From Nemertoderma westbladi (taxonomy: Eukaryota > Animalia > Xenacoelomorpha): a stretch of 64,000 nucleotides of DNA. Numbering within the stretch: position 1 is the stretch's first letter; each line of letters begins with the position of its first letter. The translations under genes were made by a program, and so were the position numbers. The notes beneath the pieces are model-generated. The model worked only from the letters and a program-made list of their open reading frames with translations. It did not search any database and was not told the DNA's origin. The DNA is taken from the NCBI GenBank assembly GCA_032718475.1, contig JAUCBJ010006261.1:6094-70093 (forward strand), written 5' to 3'. Shown here in pieces: positions 61,918 through 64,000 of this stretch.

Positions 61918-64000
61918 GTTGTGGTAGTGTCCCAGACTGAGTTTTGTTCTTGTAGGGCAGGGCCTATTATTACACCAACATTTGTTCAGAAAAACAGCCT
62001 TTGGAATATTTTTAAATTATTGTTATATTAGAAATTAGTTTCAATGTTCCTTAAATCAGAATCAAGGCCAAAGACCTCCATTGACGTAGCAGCGCGATGG
62101 CTGCCATTGCATTGCATTTGCTTATACAGTAATTGTGTAAATTCGACAAGCTTCCTTCCTGCCCCTGTCTCTAATTATACTAATAAATGTAAATAAAGAA
62201 ATAAATAAATCCAAGCGCTAGCGCCAGCGCACCCCCTAAAATACCTTCTAAAAATTTACGTAATTTAATTTTAATACTCTGATAAGGTAATTTTATTGAA
62301 AACCTAATTTGTTTTAAAGTAAACTATGTTATGTACATCATTAGTTACGTATTTTTTAATTCAGTTTAACGTATTGTAATTATAATTTTTTTAAATATTA
62401 AAAATCAAATTGGGTTAGTAATACTTATTAAATTATGCTCATTCATTTTTAATTAATGGAGGGTTTTAACCATCCGGCCGACAAACCACACTTTTGCTCA
62501 CAGGTCGTTGTAAGACAAGGCATGAATATAACCCCAGTGATCCCATACCCTCTCTTGTTGTGGACTATTACTATATCATTGTACAAGCTGCGGACCTGCA
62601 CCCCCCCCCCCCCCCCCCCCCCCATTATAATGCTAACCCAACCCAACCAAACCCAACCCATTGCGTAACTCAGAATTAAACTCCACACAGCCTGCATAGT
62701 TCCTTTGCGACCAGGCCAGCTCAGTGCCAGGAGGCCAATCTCTTTGGTTAGCGGCCTCCTGTGTATGGGTTAGTTGGCTGTCTAATTTCTTGGGAAGCCT
62801 TTAGTAAATTTCGAAATTACGGGGAATTCCATTCCACAGCAGATAAATGGTTTTACATGCTGGGGCGGCATAAACTAAGAGCCATTACACATGCTACGCC
62901 TTTACTTTGTTAGTGGTCTGTCGCTGTCGGCACCCCAAGCTAATAATATACAGCAAATAGCACTGAGACCGCTGACTCCTGTACTCCCTATGACATAATT
63001 TGTTGTGACTCGAATCAATTATTTATCCTTACAAGAAAGCCACGTATTTCCACTTGTGGCCAGCCAGAAGGCCACAATGTCAACTGATATAATAATACCA
63101 AGGGATATTCTCATATTACCCCCCCCCCCCCCCCCCCCCCCAAGGATCTAGCCCTTGGCCAGCCAGGTTAGAATGCGAAGCTTTCTGTTTAGAAAAATGC
63201 CTTTGTTTCAGAAAATTTGGAATGTGGATCTTTAATATATATATTATTTTTTTTCTCATTTCAACTGGAAAGGGTTTTTCAGTATGCTTTCACATGGCCT
63301 CCCCCTCGCTCGGTACGCTAGTTGCCCCCCCCCCCCCCCCCCCCCCATTATAATGTATTGTAGCCATCCACCCAACACATTGCGTAACTCAGAATTAAAC
63401 TCCACACAGCCCCTACCCGCCCTTGCTTTCATTACCACCACACCGCCAAGTGGAGATTCAATTGCGGCTGTTATTTTCTGATAATCGCTGTAAATTATTA
63501 TAACCTAGGCGGTCTGGTTTAAATAACGGCTATAGCTTACAAACCTATGGTATGATATGGACGTGGTGTCCTGTGTGCTCTGCAGACATCCTACAGAGCA
63601 CATGGAGCATTACACACACAGGGAGAGCGAGAGAGAGAGAGAGAGGGCTGCTTGATTGACACACGGCTCAGTGGGAATCTAGACTTTGAAGTGCAGCGCC
63701 TTTGGTAGAACTCAATGGCAGGATTTATAAGCCTGGTTCATTTCAATATTTGATCAAACTTTGATCAATGTTTGATCAAAGTTTGATCAATGTTTGATCA
63801 AAGGAATGCTTTTTGAGAGCGGGACTGTACGTACAACATTACTTAAAAAAATTTAATATGAACGGTCCAGAGCATTACAGAGGGAAGGGGGGTTGTTCAG
63901 TACGCACAACATTACTTAAAAACTTAAATATGAATGGGCTAGAGCATTACAGATGAAGGGGGGTTGTACAGTACGTACAAAATTACTTCAAAACTTTCAT

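Larger units (their letters stand above)
60200..63827. mobile_element. Tc1/mariner-type non-autonomous element (3.6 kb including a nested MULE)
   Basis: TIRs CAGTCCCGCTCTCAAAAAGCATTCCTTTGATCAAAC... at both ends with ttgatcaa subrepeats; TA TSD at 60198-99 and 63828-29. Confidence 0.88.
60085..64000. repeat. About 67-72-bp tandem repeat array split by a DNA transposon
   Basis: aaatatgaacgggctagagcattacagatggaagggggttgtacgtacaacattactt units at 60085-60199 and 63828-64000. Confidence 0.85.

Overview
Repeat-rich eukaryotic, probably invertebrate animal, genomic DNA. Three phase-1 EGF-domain exons on the minus strand (952-1065, 2505-2618, 12111-12233) mark a host EGF-repeat gene; almost everything else is transposon-derived. 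The main structure is a nested stack. A non-autonomous LTR element (family B, 15958-56561, minus strand, 5-bp TSD GTATC) has grown to about 40.6 kb. Its 3' LTR is split by a full-length but decaying 18.7-kb Polinton/Maverick (16026-34769). Its interior carries a 3'-truncated BEL/Pao retrotransposon, which is itself interrupted by an RTE-type LINE. The Polinton has the usual pPolB, integrase, ATPase, capsid and protease genes. It also has two penton-like paralogues, a RING protein, a DEDD-like exonuclease, an intact TATA-binding-protein-like ORF and a PC4-like ORF. A related LTR element (family A, 2779-8208, TSD GGTGT) lies upstream. Both LTR families lack a tRNA PBS and instead show co-varying LTR/PBS complementarity, suggesting Tf1-like self-priming. 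The BEL element carries about 10 dispersed copies of a 20-nt palindrome that ignores reading frame. piggyBac-, MULE- and Tc1/mariner-type non-autonomous elements, excision footprints and several satellites fill the rest. All protein calls come from motif recognition by eye; no searches were run.
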